Source: Candidatus Saccharimonadota bacterium
GTDB lineage: Bacteria > Pseudomonadota > Gammaproteobacteria > Enterobacterales > Enterobacteriaceae
Assembly (NCBI RefSeq): GCF_000185985.2
Contig: NC_014909.2
Coordinates: forward strand, 120,001 to 152,000
Direction of reading: 5' to 3'
Length of the DNA stretch: 32,000 bases
The notes beneath the pieces were generated by a model, which made no database searches, was not told the DNA's origin, and worked only from the letters and a program-made list of their open reading frames with translations. Made by a program: the position numbers and the translations under genes. Positions 17,699 to 29,355 of the stretch are shown piece by piece. Position 1 is the stretch's first letter; each line of letters opens with the position of its first letter.

Positions 17699-20554
17699 AT
17701 GATTAATTATAAAAATACTTTAAATTTACCTCATACAGAATTTCCTATGCGAGCCAATTTGCCAGATTCCGAAATTAAAATTTTAAAAGATTGGTATGAA
17801 AATAATTTATATGAAATAATTCGTATTAAAAAAAATAAAAAGAAACTTTTTTTGTTACATGATGGTCCTCCTTATGCGAATGGTCAAATTCATTTAGGAC
17901 ATGCAATTAATAAAATATTGAAAGATATTATTTTAAAATTTAAAGGATTATCAGGATATAATGCCCCTTATATTCCTGGGTGGGATTGTCATGGGTTACC
18001 TATTGAATTAAAAGTAGAACAATTAATTAAAAAAACTGGTTCTTACAATAATATTGATTTTAAAGAGTTTTGTAGTATTTGTAGAAAATATGCTTTAGAA
18101 CAAATAGAAATACAAAAAAGAGATTTTATTAGATTAGGAGTTTTGGGAGATTGGACGCATCCATATTTAACAATGGATTTTAAGATTGAAGCAAATATTA
18201 TTAGGACGTTAAGAAAGATTATATCTAATGGATATTTGTATAGAGGCATTAAACCGGTATATTGGTGTACTCAATGTTGTTCTGTGTTAGCTAATTCAGA
18301 AGTAGAATATTATCATAATCACTGTTCTAATGCTGTGTATGTTGGGTTTGTTGTTGCTAATAATACTTGTATTAATAAGATATTTAATACTAATGTGTAT
18401 GAATCGAAAGTTGAATTAATAATTTGGACTACTAATCTATGGACGCTTCCCGCTAATCAGGCTATTTCTGTTCATCCAGATTATATTTATCAATTAATTA
18501 AAACAATTGATGGGAAACACATAATTATTGCTGCTGAATTAGTAAATGTTTTTATGAAATGTGTACAGTGTATATCTTGGGTAATTTTAGGGCAAATCTT
18601 GGGAGGTGCTTTAGAATATTTAAAAGTAAAACACCCATTTATGTTGTTTAATGTACCTATAATTTTAAGTAAACATATTACGTTAAATTCTGGAACAGGC
18701 ATTGTGCATATAGCTCCAAATCATGGGATAGATGATTATTTTGTTTTTAAAAAGTATAAACTTAAAAGTAATATTAATAGCATTGTAGATGAGAAAGGAT
18801 ATTATGTATGTAATATTCACCCTGATTTAAATAAGTTGAATATATTTGAATCTAATTCGATAATAATTCAATTATTACGTCAATCAAGAAATTTTTTACA
18901 TGTTAATTTTAATTATCAACATAGTTATCCTTATTGTTGGAGACATAAAACACCTCTTATTTTTAGAATAACTTCACAATGGTTTCTTGATATGGATCAT
19001 ATGAATTTACGAGAGAAATTATTGAAAGAATCCCAAAAGGTAGTTTGGATTCCAAGTAAGGGATATACTAATATGCAATCTATGATTATTAATAGACCAG
19101 ATTGGTGTCTTTCTAGACAACGTGTTTGGGGTATTCCAATTCCTATTTTTGTTCATAAAAAAACGGAAGATTTTCATCCGAATACATTAGAGTTTCTGGA
19201 AAAAATTGCAAAGCTTGTGGAAAACAATGGTATTCAAGTATGGTGGGATTTAAAAATTGAAGAATTTATTACAGATAAACAGGAAGCTAATTGTTATAAA
19301 AAATTGTATGATGTACTTGATGTGTGGTTCGATTCCGGATCTACTCATGATTCTGTAATTTTAGATAAATTTCAATCTTTACAACACAAAGAGTTAAAAA
19401 TTGATTTATATGTAGAAGGATCAGATCAATATCGTGGATGGTTTATGTCGTCTTTAATCACATCTGTTGCTATTAATAATAAGGCTCCTTATAAACAAGT
19501 TTTAAGTCATGGTTTTACTGTGGATTCTCAGGGAAATAAAATGTCTAAATCCCTTGGAAATATTATTAGTCCGAAAGATATAATAGATAAATTTGGGTCA
19601 GATGTGTTGAGATTGTGGATTGCTTCTTCTGATTATTCTAAAGATATGACGGTATCAGATAGAAATTTGAAAAGTATTACTGAAATATATAGACGTATTC
19701 GAAATACTATACGATTTTGTTTAGCAAATTTAAATGATTTTAATCCAAATAAAGATTTAGTATTGTTTCAACATATGATCGAGTTAGATCGTTGGGCAAT
19801 AAATCATGCTTTATCGGTGCAATTAAAAATTATATCTAATTATGATAATTATCAGTTTCATAGTGTAATTCAGAATATTATGCAATTTTGTTCAATTGAA
19901 ATGGGTTCATTTTATTTGGATATAATTAAAGATAGACAGTATACTTTAAAACAAGCTAGTTTAGCTAGACGTTCTTGTCAAACAGCTTTATATCATATTT
20001 TAGAAGCTATGGTACGTTGGATTTCTCCAATTTTATCTTTTACTGCAGATGATATTTGGAAATATATTCCAGGACAACGTTCAAGATATGTATTTACTGA
20101 AGAATGGTATACGGGATTATCTAGATTAGATAATAATCTACTTATAGATAATGAACTTTGGGATATTTTTATACATGTTCGCAGTAAGGTAAATAAGGTT
20201 ATTGAACAGGCTCGTACTGATGGAATAATCAAAGGGTCTTTGGAAGCTAAAATAACTTTATATGCTGATTCAAGATTAGCAGATAAATTACGTATATTTG
20301 GTGATGAGTTAGCATTTGGATTAATAACGTCTTCTGTTACTGTAGTAAATAATGATGATGTAGGTATAATTACGCAAGATCAAAAAGTAAATGTTGTTGG
20401 ATTAAAAATCACCTTAGAAAAGGCTCCAGGACAAAAGTGTTTGCGTTGTTGGAATTATACATTAAATCTAAGTCAAAATAATAGTGATGTTGAAATTTGT
20501 TCGCGTTGTGTAGAAAATGTGTTTGGTGTAGGAGAAAATCGTAAATTTTTTTAA
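17699..20554 (+). CDS. ileS: Isoleucyl-tRNA synthetase
   Basis: From ATG 17699, MINYKNTLNLPHTEFPMRANL aligns with E. coli [21 protein letters not shown]. HIGH (QIHLGH), KMSKS and the C-terminal Cys cluster (CLRCWNY..CSRC) are present. The ORF-track GTG 17687 (4 extra codons, overlapping the ribF stop) is an alternative start. Confidence 0.95.
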   Translation: MINYKNTLNLPHTEFPMRANLPDSEIKILKDWYENNLYEIIRIKKNKKKLFLLHDGPPYANGQIHLGHAINKILKDIILKFKGLSGYNAPYIPGWDCHGLPIELKVEQLIKKTGSYNNIDFKEFCSICRKYALEQIEIQKRDFIRLGVLGDWTHPYLTMDFKIEANIIRTLRKIISNGYLYRGIKPVYWCTQCCSVLANSEVEYYHNHCSNAVYVGFVVANNTCINKIFNTNVYESKVELIIWTTNLWTLPANQAISVHPDYIYQLIKTIDGKHIIIAAELVNVFMKCVQCISWVILGQILGGALEYLKVKHPFMLFNVPIILSKHITLNSGTGIVHIAPNHGIDDYFVFKKYKLKSNINSIVDEKGYYVCNIHPDLNKLNIFESNSIIIQLLRQSRNFLHVNFNYQHSYPYCWRHKTPLIFRITSQWFLDMDHMNLREKLLKESQKVVWIPSKGYTNMQSMIINRPDWCLSRQRVWGIPIPIFVHKKTEDFHPNTLEFLEKIAKLVENNGIQVWWDLKIEEFITDKQEANCYKKLYDVLDVWFDSGSTHDSVILDKFQSLQHKELKIDLYVEGSDQYRGWFMSSLITSVAINNKAPYKQVLSHGFTVDSQGNKMSKSLGNIISPKDIIDKFGSDVLRLWIASSDYSKDMTVSDRNLKSITEIYRRIRNTIRFCLANLNDFNPNKDLVLFQHMIELDRWAINHALSVQLKIISNYDNYQFHSVIQNIMQFCSIEMGSFYLDIIKDRQYTLKQASLARRSCQTALYHILEAMVRWISPILSFTADDIWKYIPGQRSRYVFTEEWYTGLSRLDNNLLIDNELWDIFIHVRSKVNKVIEQARTDGIIKGSLEAKITLYADSRLADKLRIFGDELAFGLITSSVTVVNNDDVGIITQDQKVNVVGLKITLEKAPGQKCLRCWNYTLNLSQNNSDVEICSRCVENVFGVGENRKFF

Positions 20555-20560
20555 TAATGA

Positions 20561-21058
20561 ATGATGCAAAATAGTGTGGTTAAAAATTATGTTTGGGTAT
20601 TTTTGACGATATTGCTGACGTTATTAGACATAGGGTCTAAATATTGGATAAAAAATAATTTTTTCATTGGAGAATCAAAAAGTATTTGTTCTGGTATTAA
20701 TTTTTATTATATTCAAAATTCGGGATTAGCATTTGGATTATTTGCTAATATTGCTCATGTAATATATTTTAAATTAATATTTATTTGGTTATCAATATTT
20801 ACTTTAATTATATTAATTATAGTATTTTATAAATCAATAGTATGTCATTGTTTTTATGATAGTTTATCTTATTCAATGATTATTGGAGGGGGTTTAGGAA
20901 ATTTATATAATCGAATATTTTGTGATGCAGTGATTGATTTTATAGATATTTATGTTAGTTATTGGCATTGGCCAGTTTTTAACATAGCAGATGTAGAAAT
21001 TTGCTCAGGAATTATAATTTTATCTATTAGATATTTTTTAGTTTCGCAAGATAAGTGA
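20561..21058 (+). CDS. lspA: Lipoprotein signal peptidase (signal peptidase II)
   Basis: 165-aa ORF in the same register as E. coli LspA (164 aa). DIGSKY, NSGLAFG, GGGLGNLYNR, VIDFID and FNIADVEIC are present. Both positions I recall as catalytic Asp (VxD and FNxAD) are retained. Confidence 0.9.
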   Translation: MMQNSVVKNYVWVFLTILLTLLDIGSKYWIKNNFFIGESKSICSGINFYYIQNSGLAFGLFANIAHVIYFKLIFIWLSIFTLIILIIVFYKSIVCHCFYDSLSYSMIIGGGLGNLYNRIFCDAVIDFIDIYVSYWHWPVFNIADVEICSGIIILSIRYFLVSQDK

Positions 21059-21150
21059 AATTTTAATTATATATTTTGAATAAAATAGAGTAGGATTCTG
21101 ATCATGTAAAATATATAAATTTTTATGTTAATTAAAATACGGAGGAAATC

Positions 21151-22098
21151 TTGATTAGAATTATATTAGCTAATCCCAGAGGTTTTTGTGCAGGAGTAAT
21201 TAGGGCGATCAATATCGTAAAGAAAGCCATAAGTATATATGGAATCCCAATTTATGTGAAGCATGAATTAGTACATAATGATTATGTGATTAAAGAATTG
21301 TTAAATCTTGGGGTGGTTTTTGTTGAAGATTTAGATGATGTTCCTAATGGTTCTGTTTTGATTTTTTCAGCCCATGGTGTATCAAGGGCAGTAAAAAAGC
21401 AATCAAAAGATAAGGAATTAATAGTACTTGATGCAACATGTCCTTTGGTGAGTAAAGTTCATATGAAAGTATTGCGTGCTAGTAAAAAAGAGATGGAAAT
21501 AATATTAATAGGACACGCTGGACATCCAGAGGTTTCAGGAATAATTGGGCAATATGAATATATCAATAATACAGATAGAAGTATATATTTAGTACAATCC
21601 AAAAAAGACGCCTGGTCAATTAAGGTGAATTATCCCGATAATTTATCTTATGTTACACAAACAACTTTATCAATAGACGATACTGTAGAAATAATTGAAA
21701 TTTTAAAAAGGAGATTTCCTCGAATATTAGCGCCTAAAAAGAATGATATTTGTTATGCTACATCGAATAGACAAGTCGCTTTAAAAAAATTGGCGTTGTT
21801 AACAGAAGTAATTTTAATAGTGGGATCAAAGCAATCATCGAATTCTAATAGATTACTTGAATTAGCTTATAAAATTGGAAAGCCTGCTTATTTAATTAGT
21901 GATGCTAGTTATATTCAAGTTGATTGGATATGTAATGTCAATACTATTGGAATTACTGCGGGAGCGTCTACTCCAGAAATTTTAGTAGAACAAGTAATAG
22001 ATAGATTACGTATGATAAGTTTATGTGATGTTGTAGTTGAACATATGATTGGAAAACAAGAAAATATGTTTTTTGATATACCTCAGAGATTACAATGA
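21151..22098 (+). CDS. ispH: 4-hydroxy-3-methylbut-2-enyl diphosphate reductase
   Basis: TTG start with GGAGG 6 nt upstream. (M)[15 protein letters not shown] aligns with E. coli [15 protein letters not shown]. The three Fe-S cysteines (GFCAG, ATCPLV, DICYAT) and [11 protein letters not shown] are present. Confidence 0.93.
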   Translation: MIRIILANPRGFCAGVIRAINIVKKAISIYGIPIYVKHELVHNDYVIKELLNLGVVFVEDLDDVPNGSVLIFSAHGVSRAVKKQSKDKELIVLDATCPLVSKVHMKVLRASKKEMEIILIGHAGHPEVSGIIGQYEYINNTDRSIYLVQSKKDAWSIKVNYPDNLSYVTQTTLSIDDTVEIIEILKRRFPRILAPKKNDICYATSNRQVALKKLALLTEVILIVGSKQSSNSNRLLELAYKIGKPAYLISDASYIQVDWICNVNTIGITAGASTPEILVEQVIDRLRMISLCDVVVEHMIGKQENMFFDIPQRLQ

Positions 22099-22262
22099 TA
22101 ATATAATCAAAAAAAGTATATGAATAGTTTATTGTTGGTTTATATATAAGTATTTTTTGATTTTAAAGAATTTTTTATCTTATATCATAATTATTTTTGG
22201 ATACATAATAAATAGAGTAATGTATAATTTATACTAATAATAAAATTACAGGTATTTTATCT

Positions 22263-23147
22263 ATGATAAATAATATTCCTATTAGGATTGCTGTAACAGG
22301 GATAACTGGCAGAATGGGAACAGAAATAATAAAGTATATTATACAAAGAACAAGTCAAGAAATTAGAAAAAAAATTGTTTTAGGAGCTGCGATAAGTAGT
22401 ACGAAATCTGAGATTTTTGGCATGGATGTAGGAAATTTTATAGGGTCTTCTAATATTGGAGTGTATATTGCTAATGATGTTGAATCAGTGAAAAAGGATT
22501 TTGATGTATTAATTGATTTTACCAGTCCTGTATCTACTATGAAATATTTAAAATTTTGTATATTGAATAATAAAAATATGGTTATTGGTACTACTGGATT
22601 TAATAAAATTGATCGTCGTGTAATTAAGGATGCATCTGAAAATATAGGAATTGTTTGTTCTGCTAATTTCAGTCTAGGAATAACTGTAATGTTAAAGTTA
22701 TTAAAAGATATGTCAGAGAAAGTTATAAAAAATTTTATAAATATCGACATAATTGAAACTCATCATAATAAAAAGAAGGATATACCTTCTGGTACAGCTT
22801 TAATGATACGTAATATGTTGATCAAGGATCAATTAATAAATGATTTATGTAGAAAAATATCTTGTTATGATAATATTCAGACTAATGATCAATTAGATGA
22901 ACAAAATAAGTTTAGTCGTCATGATACTCAAGAAGATAATATTATGATTCATTCAGTACGAGCTGGAGATATTGTTGGGGATCATTCAATTTGGTTTACG
23001 GGGATAGGAGAGCGTTTAGAAATAACTCACAAAGCATTTGATAGAGTAATATTTGCACGTGGGGCAGTTTTTTCTGCGGTTTGGTTAGTAGAACAATCAA
23101 AAATTGGATTATTTGATTTAAATGATGTATTAGAGTTAAATATGTAG
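22263..23147 (+). CDS. dapB: 4-hydroxy-tetrahydrodipicolinate reductase
   Basis: 294-aa ORF. IRIAVTGITGRMG, DVLIDFTSP, MVIGTTGF, SANFSLG, ETHHNKKKDIPSGTA and GERLEITHKA are collinear with E. coli DapB (273 aa). It has an insertion of about 20 aa, N/D/Q-rich. Confidence 0.92.
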   Translation: MINNIPIRIAVTGITGRMGTEIIKYIIQRTSQEIRKKIVLGAAISSTKSEIFGMDVGNFIGSSNIGVYIANDVESVKKDFDVLIDFTSPVSTMKYLKFCILNNKNMVIGTTGFNKIDRRVIKDASENIGIVCSANFSLGITVMLKLLKDMSEKVIKNFINIDIIETHHNKKKDIPSGTALMIRNMLIKDQLINDLCRKISCYDNIQTNDQLDEQNKFSRHDTQEDNIMIHSVRAGDIVGDHSIWFTGIGERLEITHKAFDRVIFARGAVFSAVWLVEQSKIGLFDLNDVLELNM

Positions 23148-23327
23148 TTATAAATTTGATGATATTGTATGTAATGATATTTATTGTATTTTTAATATTA
23201 TTCAATTATAATAAATTTAATATTTGTATTACTAAAATAGTGATTATGTATATATAGATTATACATGTTTTTAAAAAGTTAGGATTAAATTAGATGATAA
23301 TAGTTTTAAAAATACAGAGGTGTTTTA

Positions 23328-24494
23328 TTGAGAATTGCATTATTAGTGTTAGAAGATGGTAGCAGGTTCTATGGACAATCAATTGGAGTACATGGAGAGT
23401 CAGTTGGGGAAATTGTTTTTAGTACTTCAATTACGGGATATCAAGAAATTATAACTGATCCTTCTTATGCTCGTCAGATAGTTGTATTCACTTATCCTCA
23501 TATTGGTAATGTTGGTATTAATAAATTTGATAATGAATCGGCTCGTATACAAGTAGCAGGATTGGTGATACGCAATTTAACTATTATTTCTAGTAATTTT
23601 CGTTCCGTGTTATCTTTATCTGATTATTTAATACAACATAATATCGTTGGTATTTCTAATATAGACACTCGTCAATTAACTAGATTGATTAGAAAAAAGG
23701 GAATACAACGCGCTTGTATTACGACGTTTGATAGATTAGATATGCAATTAGCTGTACGTAAGACTTGTGAATATTCAATTGATTGTCAATCAAATTTAGC
23801 TTATGAAGTAAGTACATCTCATAAATATATTTGGAATCAAGGAACTAATTATTCTAGTATGCAATGTAAACATGATACTTCTGTGATTTTTTCCAGAAAA
23901 TTTTTCTATAACGTTGTAGTATATGATTTTGGTATTAAATATAATATTATGCGTATATTAGTGGATTATGGTTGTTTATTGACAGTAGTTCCAGCTAATA
24001 CTCAAGCTCAAGAAGTGATTGATATGGATCCGGATGGTATTTTTTTATCTAATGGCCCAGGAAATCCGAACGAATATATAGAAATTGTTAGTGTCATTAA
24101 AATTTTTTTATTAAAAACAAATATTCCTATTTTTGGAATTTGCTTGGGACATCAATTATTAGCTTTAGCTTTAGGAGCTAAAATAATAAAGATGAAATTT
24201 GGACATCATGGGTCCAATCATCCAGTCAAGGATCTAGAAATTAATAAGGTCCTAATTACCACTCAAAATCATAATTTTGTAGTAGATATGATGACTTTAC
24301 CAAATATTTTTCAGGTAACTCATATTTCATTATTTGATGGAACATTGCAGGGTATTAAATGTTTGAATAAACCTGTTTTTGGATTTCAAGGACATCCAGA
24401 AGCTAGTCCAGGTCCTCATGATTCTGTGTTTATTTTTAATTATTTTATTGAGTTAATTAAAAACTATCTTAGTTACAATAGTGCTCGAGAGTAA
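23328..24494 (+). CDS. carA: Carbamoyl-phosphate synthase small (glutaminase) subunit
   Basis: TTG start with AGAGG upstream. (M)[15 protein letters not shown] aligns with E. coli [17 protein letters not shown]. The active-site motifs [10 protein letters not shown] and [13 protein letters not shown] are present. Confidence 0.95.
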   Translation: MRIALLVLEDGSRFYGQSIGVHGESVGEIVFSTSITGYQEIITDPSYARQIVVFTYPHIGNVGINKFDNESARIQVAGLVIRNLTIISSNFRSVLSLSDYLIQHNIVGISNIDTRQLTRLIRKKGIQRACITTFDRLDMQLAVRKTCEYSIDCQSNLAYEVSTSHKYIWNQGTNYSSMQCKHDTSVIFSRKFFYNVVVYDFGIKYNIMRILVDYGCLLTVVPANTQAQEVIDMDPDGIFLSNGPGNPNEYIEIVSVIKIFLLKTNIPIFGICLGHQLLALALGAKIIKMKFGHHGSNHPVKDLEINKVLITTQNHNFVVDMMTLPNIFQVTHISLFDGTLQGIKCLNKPVFGFQGHPEASPGPHDSVFIFNYFIELIKNYLSYNSARE

Positions 24495-24499
24495 TGTAT

Positions 24500-27400
24500 A
24501 TGCCAAAACGTACCGATATAAAGAGTATTTTGATATTAGGAGCGGGGCCTATTGTCATAGGTCAAGCTAGTGAATTTGATTATTCTGGGACTCAAGCATG
24601 TAAAGCATTACGTGAGGAGGGATATCGTTTAATATTGGTAAATTCTAATCCTGCTACAATTATGACAGATCCCGATATGGTTGATTCTACTTATATTGAA
24701 GCGATTCAATGGGAAATTGTATATAAAATTATACAAAAAGAACGACCAGATGCTTTATTATCGACTATGGGTGGTCAAACAGCTTTAAATTGTACTTTAG
24801 ATTTAGAGAAGAAAGGTATTTTAAAAAAATTTAATGTTGAGACAATCGGAGTAACGATAGATTCTATTCATAAAGCAGAAAATAGACAAAAATTTCAAGA
24901 ATCTATAAAGAGAGTGAAATTAGAAACTCCTAAATCTGATATTGCTCGCAATATAAATGAAGCGATGTCAATTCTTAACAATATTGGTTTACCATGTATT
25001 GTTCGTCCATCTTTTACTTTAGGAGGAAGTGGAGGTGGTATTGCTTATACTATAGAAGAGTTTGAACATATTTGTCAACGTGGTTTATTTTTATCACCTA
25101 ATCATGAATTGCTGATTGATGAATCTTTAATTGGTTGGAAAGAATTTGAAATGGAGGTTATGTGCGATCTTAAAGATAATTGTATTGTGGTATGTTCTAT
25201 CGAAAATATAGATCCTATGGGAATTCATACTGGTGATTCTATTACTGTAGCTCCAGCTCAAACATTAACTGATAAAGAATATCAAATTATGAGAAATGCT
25301 GCGTTTCTAGTATTGCGAGCAATTGGAATAAAATCTGGAGGAGCAAATGTGCAATTTGCAGTGAATCCAAATAATGGACGTATTCTTGTTATTGAAATGA
25401 ATCCAAGAGTATCAAGATCTTCTGCTTTAGCTTCTAAGGCTACTGGTTTTCCTATTGCAAAAATTTCTGCTAAATTAGCAATAGGATATACTTTAGATGA
25501 ATTATCTAATGATACTACAAATGGTCGAATTCCTGCTTCTTTTGAACCTTCTATTGATTATGTAGTCACAAAAATCCCTCGTTTTGATTTTAATAAATTT
25601 CCGGGCCAAAATAATAGATTATTAACAACTCAAATGAAATCAGTAGGAGAAGTGATGGCAATTGGTCGGAATCAACAAGAATCGTTACAGAAAGCAATAC
25701 GTGCCTTAGAAATAGAAGGGATATTTGGTTTAAATGGTAAAGTTAATATTAATGATTCTAATGCGTTTAAAATAATTATTCGTGAACTGCAATATGCTAG
25801 TGATGATCGATTGTGGTATATTGCTGATGCATTTCGTTATGGTATGTCGTTAGATCAGATTTTTGAGTTAACTAATATTGACCGTTGGTTTTTAAGTCAG
25901 ATTCAAGAAATTATACAATTAGAAAACGATGTGAAATTGAAAGGCATATTATTTCTTAATAAAGAAAATTTATTTTTCCTTAAACAACAAGGATTTTCTG
26001 ATGTGAGGTTAGGGCAATTGACGAATACTTCGGAAATTAAAATTCGAGAATTGAGAAATTTGTATGATATACATCCTTCGTATAAACACATAGATGCATG
26101 TTCGGCAGAGTTTTCTACAGATACTGCGTATATGTATTCCAGTTATGACGGTGAATGTGAACATGATAGAATTAATAATGATAAAGAAACTGTTATGATT
26201 TTAGGAGGAGGTCCGAATCGTATTGGACAAGGGATTGAATTTGATTATTGTTGTGTTCATTCAGCTATAACTTTACGCGAAGAAGGATATAACGTAATTA
26301 TAGTGAATTGTAATCCAGAAACTGTTTCTACTGATTATGATATATCTGATATTTTGTATTTTGAGCCGGTTACATTAGAAGATGTTTTAGAAATTATACG
26401 TATTAATAAATTAAAAGGAGTAATTGTGCAGTATGGTGGTCAAACTCCATTAAAATTAGCTACGTTTATAGAAAAATATGGTATTCCTATTCTTGGAACT
26501 AGTGCAAATATAATAGATCAAGCAGAAAATAGAGAACGATTTAAAAGCGCAATAAAATATTTAAAGTTAAAACAACCAAATAGTGTTACTGTATCTTCTA
26601 TCAAGTTAGCTTTAAAAAATGCGAAAGAAATTGGATATCCTATTGTAGTTCGCCCTTCTTATGTATTAGGAGGTAGGGCTATGCAAATAGTATATAATAA
26701 GAAAGAATTATTATATTATTTAAAAGATGCTATTCAGGTCTCTAATAATGCACCAGTTTTGTTAGATCATTTTTTGGAAAATGCAATAGAAGTAGATGTA
26801 GATTTAGTATGTGATGGTATACAAGTATTTATTGGAGGTATTATGGAGCATATTGAATATGCAGGAATTCATTCTGGAGATTCAGCTTGTTCCTTGCCAG
26901 CATATACCTTAGATAATAATATTCAAAACATCATACGGCAACAAGTAGAAAAAATAGCGTTATATTTTAATATTAAAGGATTAATGAATGTACAGTTAGC
27001 TATTAAAAAAAATGAGGTATATATTATAGAAATTAATCCAAGAGCTGCTCGTACTGTTCCATTTGTTTCTAAAGCTATTAATGTAGCGTTAGCGAAAATT
27101 GGGACTCGTGTAATGTTAGGCCAATCTTTATGTGATCAAAAAGTTTTTCAAGAAATAATACCGCCTTATTTTTCAGTAAAAGAAGTAGTTTTGCCTTTTA
27201 ATAAATTTTTAAATATTGATCCGAAATTAGGGCCTGAGATGCGATCTACTGGAGAAGTTATGGGAATTGGACGTACTTTTGAAGAGGCATTTGCTAAAGC
27301 AACATTAAGTAGTAGTCAATTTAAGATAAAAAGTAATAATTATTTAGGTTGTATATTATTATCGTTATCTGAGAGAGATTTAAAATTAGCAGTGATGGAT

Positions 27401-27766
27401 TTAGTAGTTACATTTCTTCAGAAAGGTTTTATATTGGAAGTTACTCCAAAAACGGCAGATATCTTAAAAAAAATTGGTATTGCTTCTAAAATGATCAAAA
27501 TAATAAATATAATTAATACTCAATATTTACTTGATAAAATGAAGAATGGTAAATATAGTTATGTTATTGATACAACTAATACATTATGTTGTGAGATGAA
27601 TCATGATTCTTCCATATTATTAAGAAGTATGGCTTTGAAAAGTACTATTCATTATAGCACTACGGTACAAGGGGGATCTGCTGTTGCTATGTCTATCACT
27701 GAAGATCCTACAAAATATATTAGATCTATTCAAGATCTGCATATTGGATTAATTAATAGTATTTAA
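24500..27766 (+). CDS. carB: Carbamoyl-phosphate synthase large subunit
   Basis: From ATG 24500, [23 protein letters not shown] is identical to the E. coli CarB N-terminus. The protein is collinear throughout, with both ATP-grasp halves and the C-terminal allosteric domain. The ORF-track ATG 24494 (2 extra codons, overlapping the carA TAA as TAATG) is an alternative start. Confidence 0.96.
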   Translation: MPKRTDIKSILILGAGPIVIGQASEFDYSGTQACKALREEGYRLILVNSNPATIMTDPDMVDSTYIEAIQWEIVYKIIQKERPDALLSTMGGQTALNCTLDLEKKGILKKFNVETIGVTIDSIHKAENRQKFQESIKRVKLETPKSDIARNINEAMSILNNIGLPCIVRPSFTLGGSGGGIAYTIEEFEHICQRGLFLSPNHELLIDESLIGWKEFEMEVMCDLKDNCIVVCSIENIDPMGIHTGDSITVAPAQTLTDKEYQIMRNAAFLVLRAIGIKSGGANVQFAVNPNNGRILVIEMNPRVSRSSALASKATGFPIAKISAKLAIGYTLDELSNDTTNGRIPASFEPSIDYVVTKIPRFDFNKFPGQNNRLLTTQMKSVGEVMAIGRNQQESLQKAIRALEIEGIFGLNGKVNINDSNAFKIIIRELQYASDDRLWYIADAFRYGMSLDQIFELTNIDRWFLSQIQEIIQLENDVKLKGILFLNKENLFFLKQQGFSDVRLGQLTNTSEIKIRELRNLYDIHPSYKHIDACSAEFSTDTAYMYSSYDGECEHDRINNDKETVMILGGGPNRIGQGIEFDYCCVHSAITLREEGYNVIIVNCNPETVSTDYDISDILYFEPVTLEDVLEIIRINKLKGVIVQYGGQTPLKLATFIEKYGIPILGTSANIIDQAENRERFKSAIKYLKLKQPNSVTVSSIKLALKNAKEIGYPIVVRPSYVLGGRAMQIVYNKKELLYYLKDAIQVSNNAPVLLDHFLENAIEVDVDLVCDGIQVFIGGIMEHIEYAGIHSGDSACSLPAYTLDNNIQNIIRQQVEKIALYFNIKGLMNVQLAIKKNEVYIIEINPRAARTVPFVSKAINVALAKIGTRVMLGQSLCDQKVFQEIIPPYFSVKEVVLPFNKFLNIDPKLGPEMRSTGEVMGIGRTFEEAFAKATLSSSQFKIKSNNYLGCILLSLSERDLKLAVMDLVVTFLQKGFILEVTPKTADILKKIGIASKMIKIINIINTQYLLDKMKNGKYSYVIDTTNTLCCEMNHDSSILLRSMALKSTIHYSTTVQGGSAVAMSITEDPTKYIRSIQDLHIGLINSI

Positions 27767-27878
27767 TTTTTTATTGTTGTATAAATAAATTTATGATATT
27801 TACATATTTAGTTTAAAAAAGTTAATATTAATATATTTTGAATTAAATATAATTTTATATCTTGATATAAAGAGTGTC

Positions 27879-28388
27879 ATGATCAGTTTAATATCCATAC
27901 TAACAATTAATCATGTTATTGGGAGGAAAAATATTATTCCTTGGTATTTTTCTATAGATATGAATTGGTTTAAATATCATACTACAAATAAACCAATTAT
28001 TATGGGGAGGAAAACATTTGAGTCTATAGGAAAAAAATCATTATCAAATAGGATAAATATAGTTTTAAGTAATCGATTGTCAAATAATAATAATGAATTT
28101 AATAATGTTATTTTTGTAGATGATCCTAATAAAGTGCTATCTTTATCTTTAGTAAATAAAAGTAAAGAGATTATGGTTATTGGAGGCAGTGCATTATATA
28201 AGATTTTTTTTCCTAAATGTACGCGTATGTATTTAACGTATATCAATACTGTTTATAATTATGGAGATAAATGGTTTCCTAGTTATAAAAAAGGGGATTG
28301 GAAAGTAATATGTGATATTTATAAAACATGCAAATCTTCTTGTAATAAGACGATGTATACTTTAAACTTTAAAATTTTCGATCGGTGA
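27879..28388 (+). CDS. folA: Dihydrofolate reductase
   Basis: 169-aa ORF. MISLISILTINHVIGRKNIIPWYFSIDMNWFKYHT..PIIMGRKTFESIG aligns with E. coli [48 protein letters not shown]. The catalytic Asp is retained. Confidence 0.93.
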   Translation: MISLISILTINHVIGRKNIIPWYFSIDMNWFKYHTTNKPIIMGRKTFESIGKKSLSNRINIVLSNRLSNNNNEFNNVIFVDDPNKVLSLSLVNKSKEIMVIGGSALYKIFFPKCTRMYLTYINTVYNYGDKWFPSYKKGDWKVICDIYKTCKSSCNKTMYTLNFKIFDR

Positions 28389-28411
28389 CAATTTTAATCT
28401 AAACATTCGAG

Positions 28412-29239
28412 TTAACAAGGAGGATTACAAGGTTGGCGTATGATTGTTTTGTTTTCCCACTTTAATGCAGTTAATTCTCCTCCCCAACAACAACCAGAAT
28501 CTAGTCCATAAATTCCAGGGGGGGTTTGAGTATTTTTTAATGATGCCCAATGCCCAAAGATTATGCTATATCCAGTAGTAGTCTTCAGTTTTGAGAATTT
28601 GAACCAAGGATAAATGTATGGAGGAGCATATTGAGGAAGATGTTTATATTGTAAATTTAACGTTCCATTCAAGTCAATATATCTCATTCTAGTAAATAAA
28701 ATAACATTGTGTTGTATTTTTTCTAATTGATTAATATCAATATTGTGAATTTTAATTTTATTTTTTGAAGTTCTATTAGTAAAGAACAGTAATTCTGGAT
28801 GATTGCTAATTAAAATATTTTCTATTTCTTGAGCATACAATTGTGCTTGATTAATACTCCATTTGGGATACAGCCCAGCATGACTCATTAATAATTTTTT
28901 ATTTTTATCTATATAAAGGATAGATTGATGACGTAACCAATCTATTAGTTCATCTGAATCTGGAGCATTAAGAATATCATTAAAATGATGATTAGTTCTT
29001 TTTTTTTTTATAGAAAAAAATGTTTCAAGTAAATGTAAATCGTGGTTTCCTAATACAGTGCAAGCGTTTTTTTTAAAGCTTTTTATTAAACGAAGAATTT
29101 CTAATGAATTTGGACCTCTAGCAACTAAATCTCCAGTTAAACAAAGAAAATCAAAATCGGGGTCAAAATTAATATAATCTAGCATATGTCTTAAGTTTTT
29201 GTAACAACCATGAACATCACCTATAAAGTAGGTAGCCAT
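28412..29239 (-). CDS. apaH: Bis(5'-nucleosyl)-tetraphosphatase, symmetrical
   Basis: From the second ATG (29239), MATYFIGDVHGCY matches E. coli MATYLIGDVHGCY. The ORF-track start 29242 adds one Met. The metallophosphatase motifs GDLVARGP, GNHD, HAG and GHW are present. The gene contains an in-frame A11 run (plus-strand T11 at 28999-29009). Confidence 0.93.
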   Translation of the reverse strand: MATYFIGDVHGCYKNLRHMLDYINFDPDFDFLCLTGDLVARGPNSLEILRLIKSFKKNACTVLGNHDLHLLETFFSIKKKRTNHHFNDILNAPDSDELIDWLRHQSILYIDKNKKLLMSHAGLYPKWSINQAQLYAQEIENILISNHPELLFFTNRTSKNKIKIHNIDINQLEKIQHNVILFTRMRYIDLNGTLNLQYKHLPQYAPPYIYPWFKFSKLKTTTGYSIIFGHWASLKNTQTPPGIYGLDSGCCWGGELTALKWENKTIIRQPCNPPC

Positions 29240-29355
29240 CATTATTTTGTATTAATAAAATATTTATTTTATTTTATTATTATCTTGTATATGAAGAGAT
29301 AATATATATGTATATGCGGTGTATGATAACAATTTAATTGTTGAAAATCAATATA

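Noticed and set aside
22355-22750. 131-aa ORF antisense to dapB. Similar antisense ORFs lie at 198-428, 425-616, 5043-5252, 8586-8807, 10206-10391, 11277-11468, 12024-12242, 14652-14849, 15914-16234, 16363-16545, 18043-18249, 18490-18702, 19993-20232, 22996-23205, 25903-26091, 27977-28246 and 30657-30881.
   Set aside because: All lie opposite strongly conserved genes. They encode low-complexity I/F/K/N/L-rich peptides typical of antisense frames in AT-rich DNA, and they resemble nothing I recognise. I treat them as shadow ORFs.
28389-28411. A 23-bp gap between the convergent folA and apaH stops, examined for a bidirectional terminator.
   Set aside because: I could not find a convincing stem-loop in or around the gap. 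The spacing alone is not informative.
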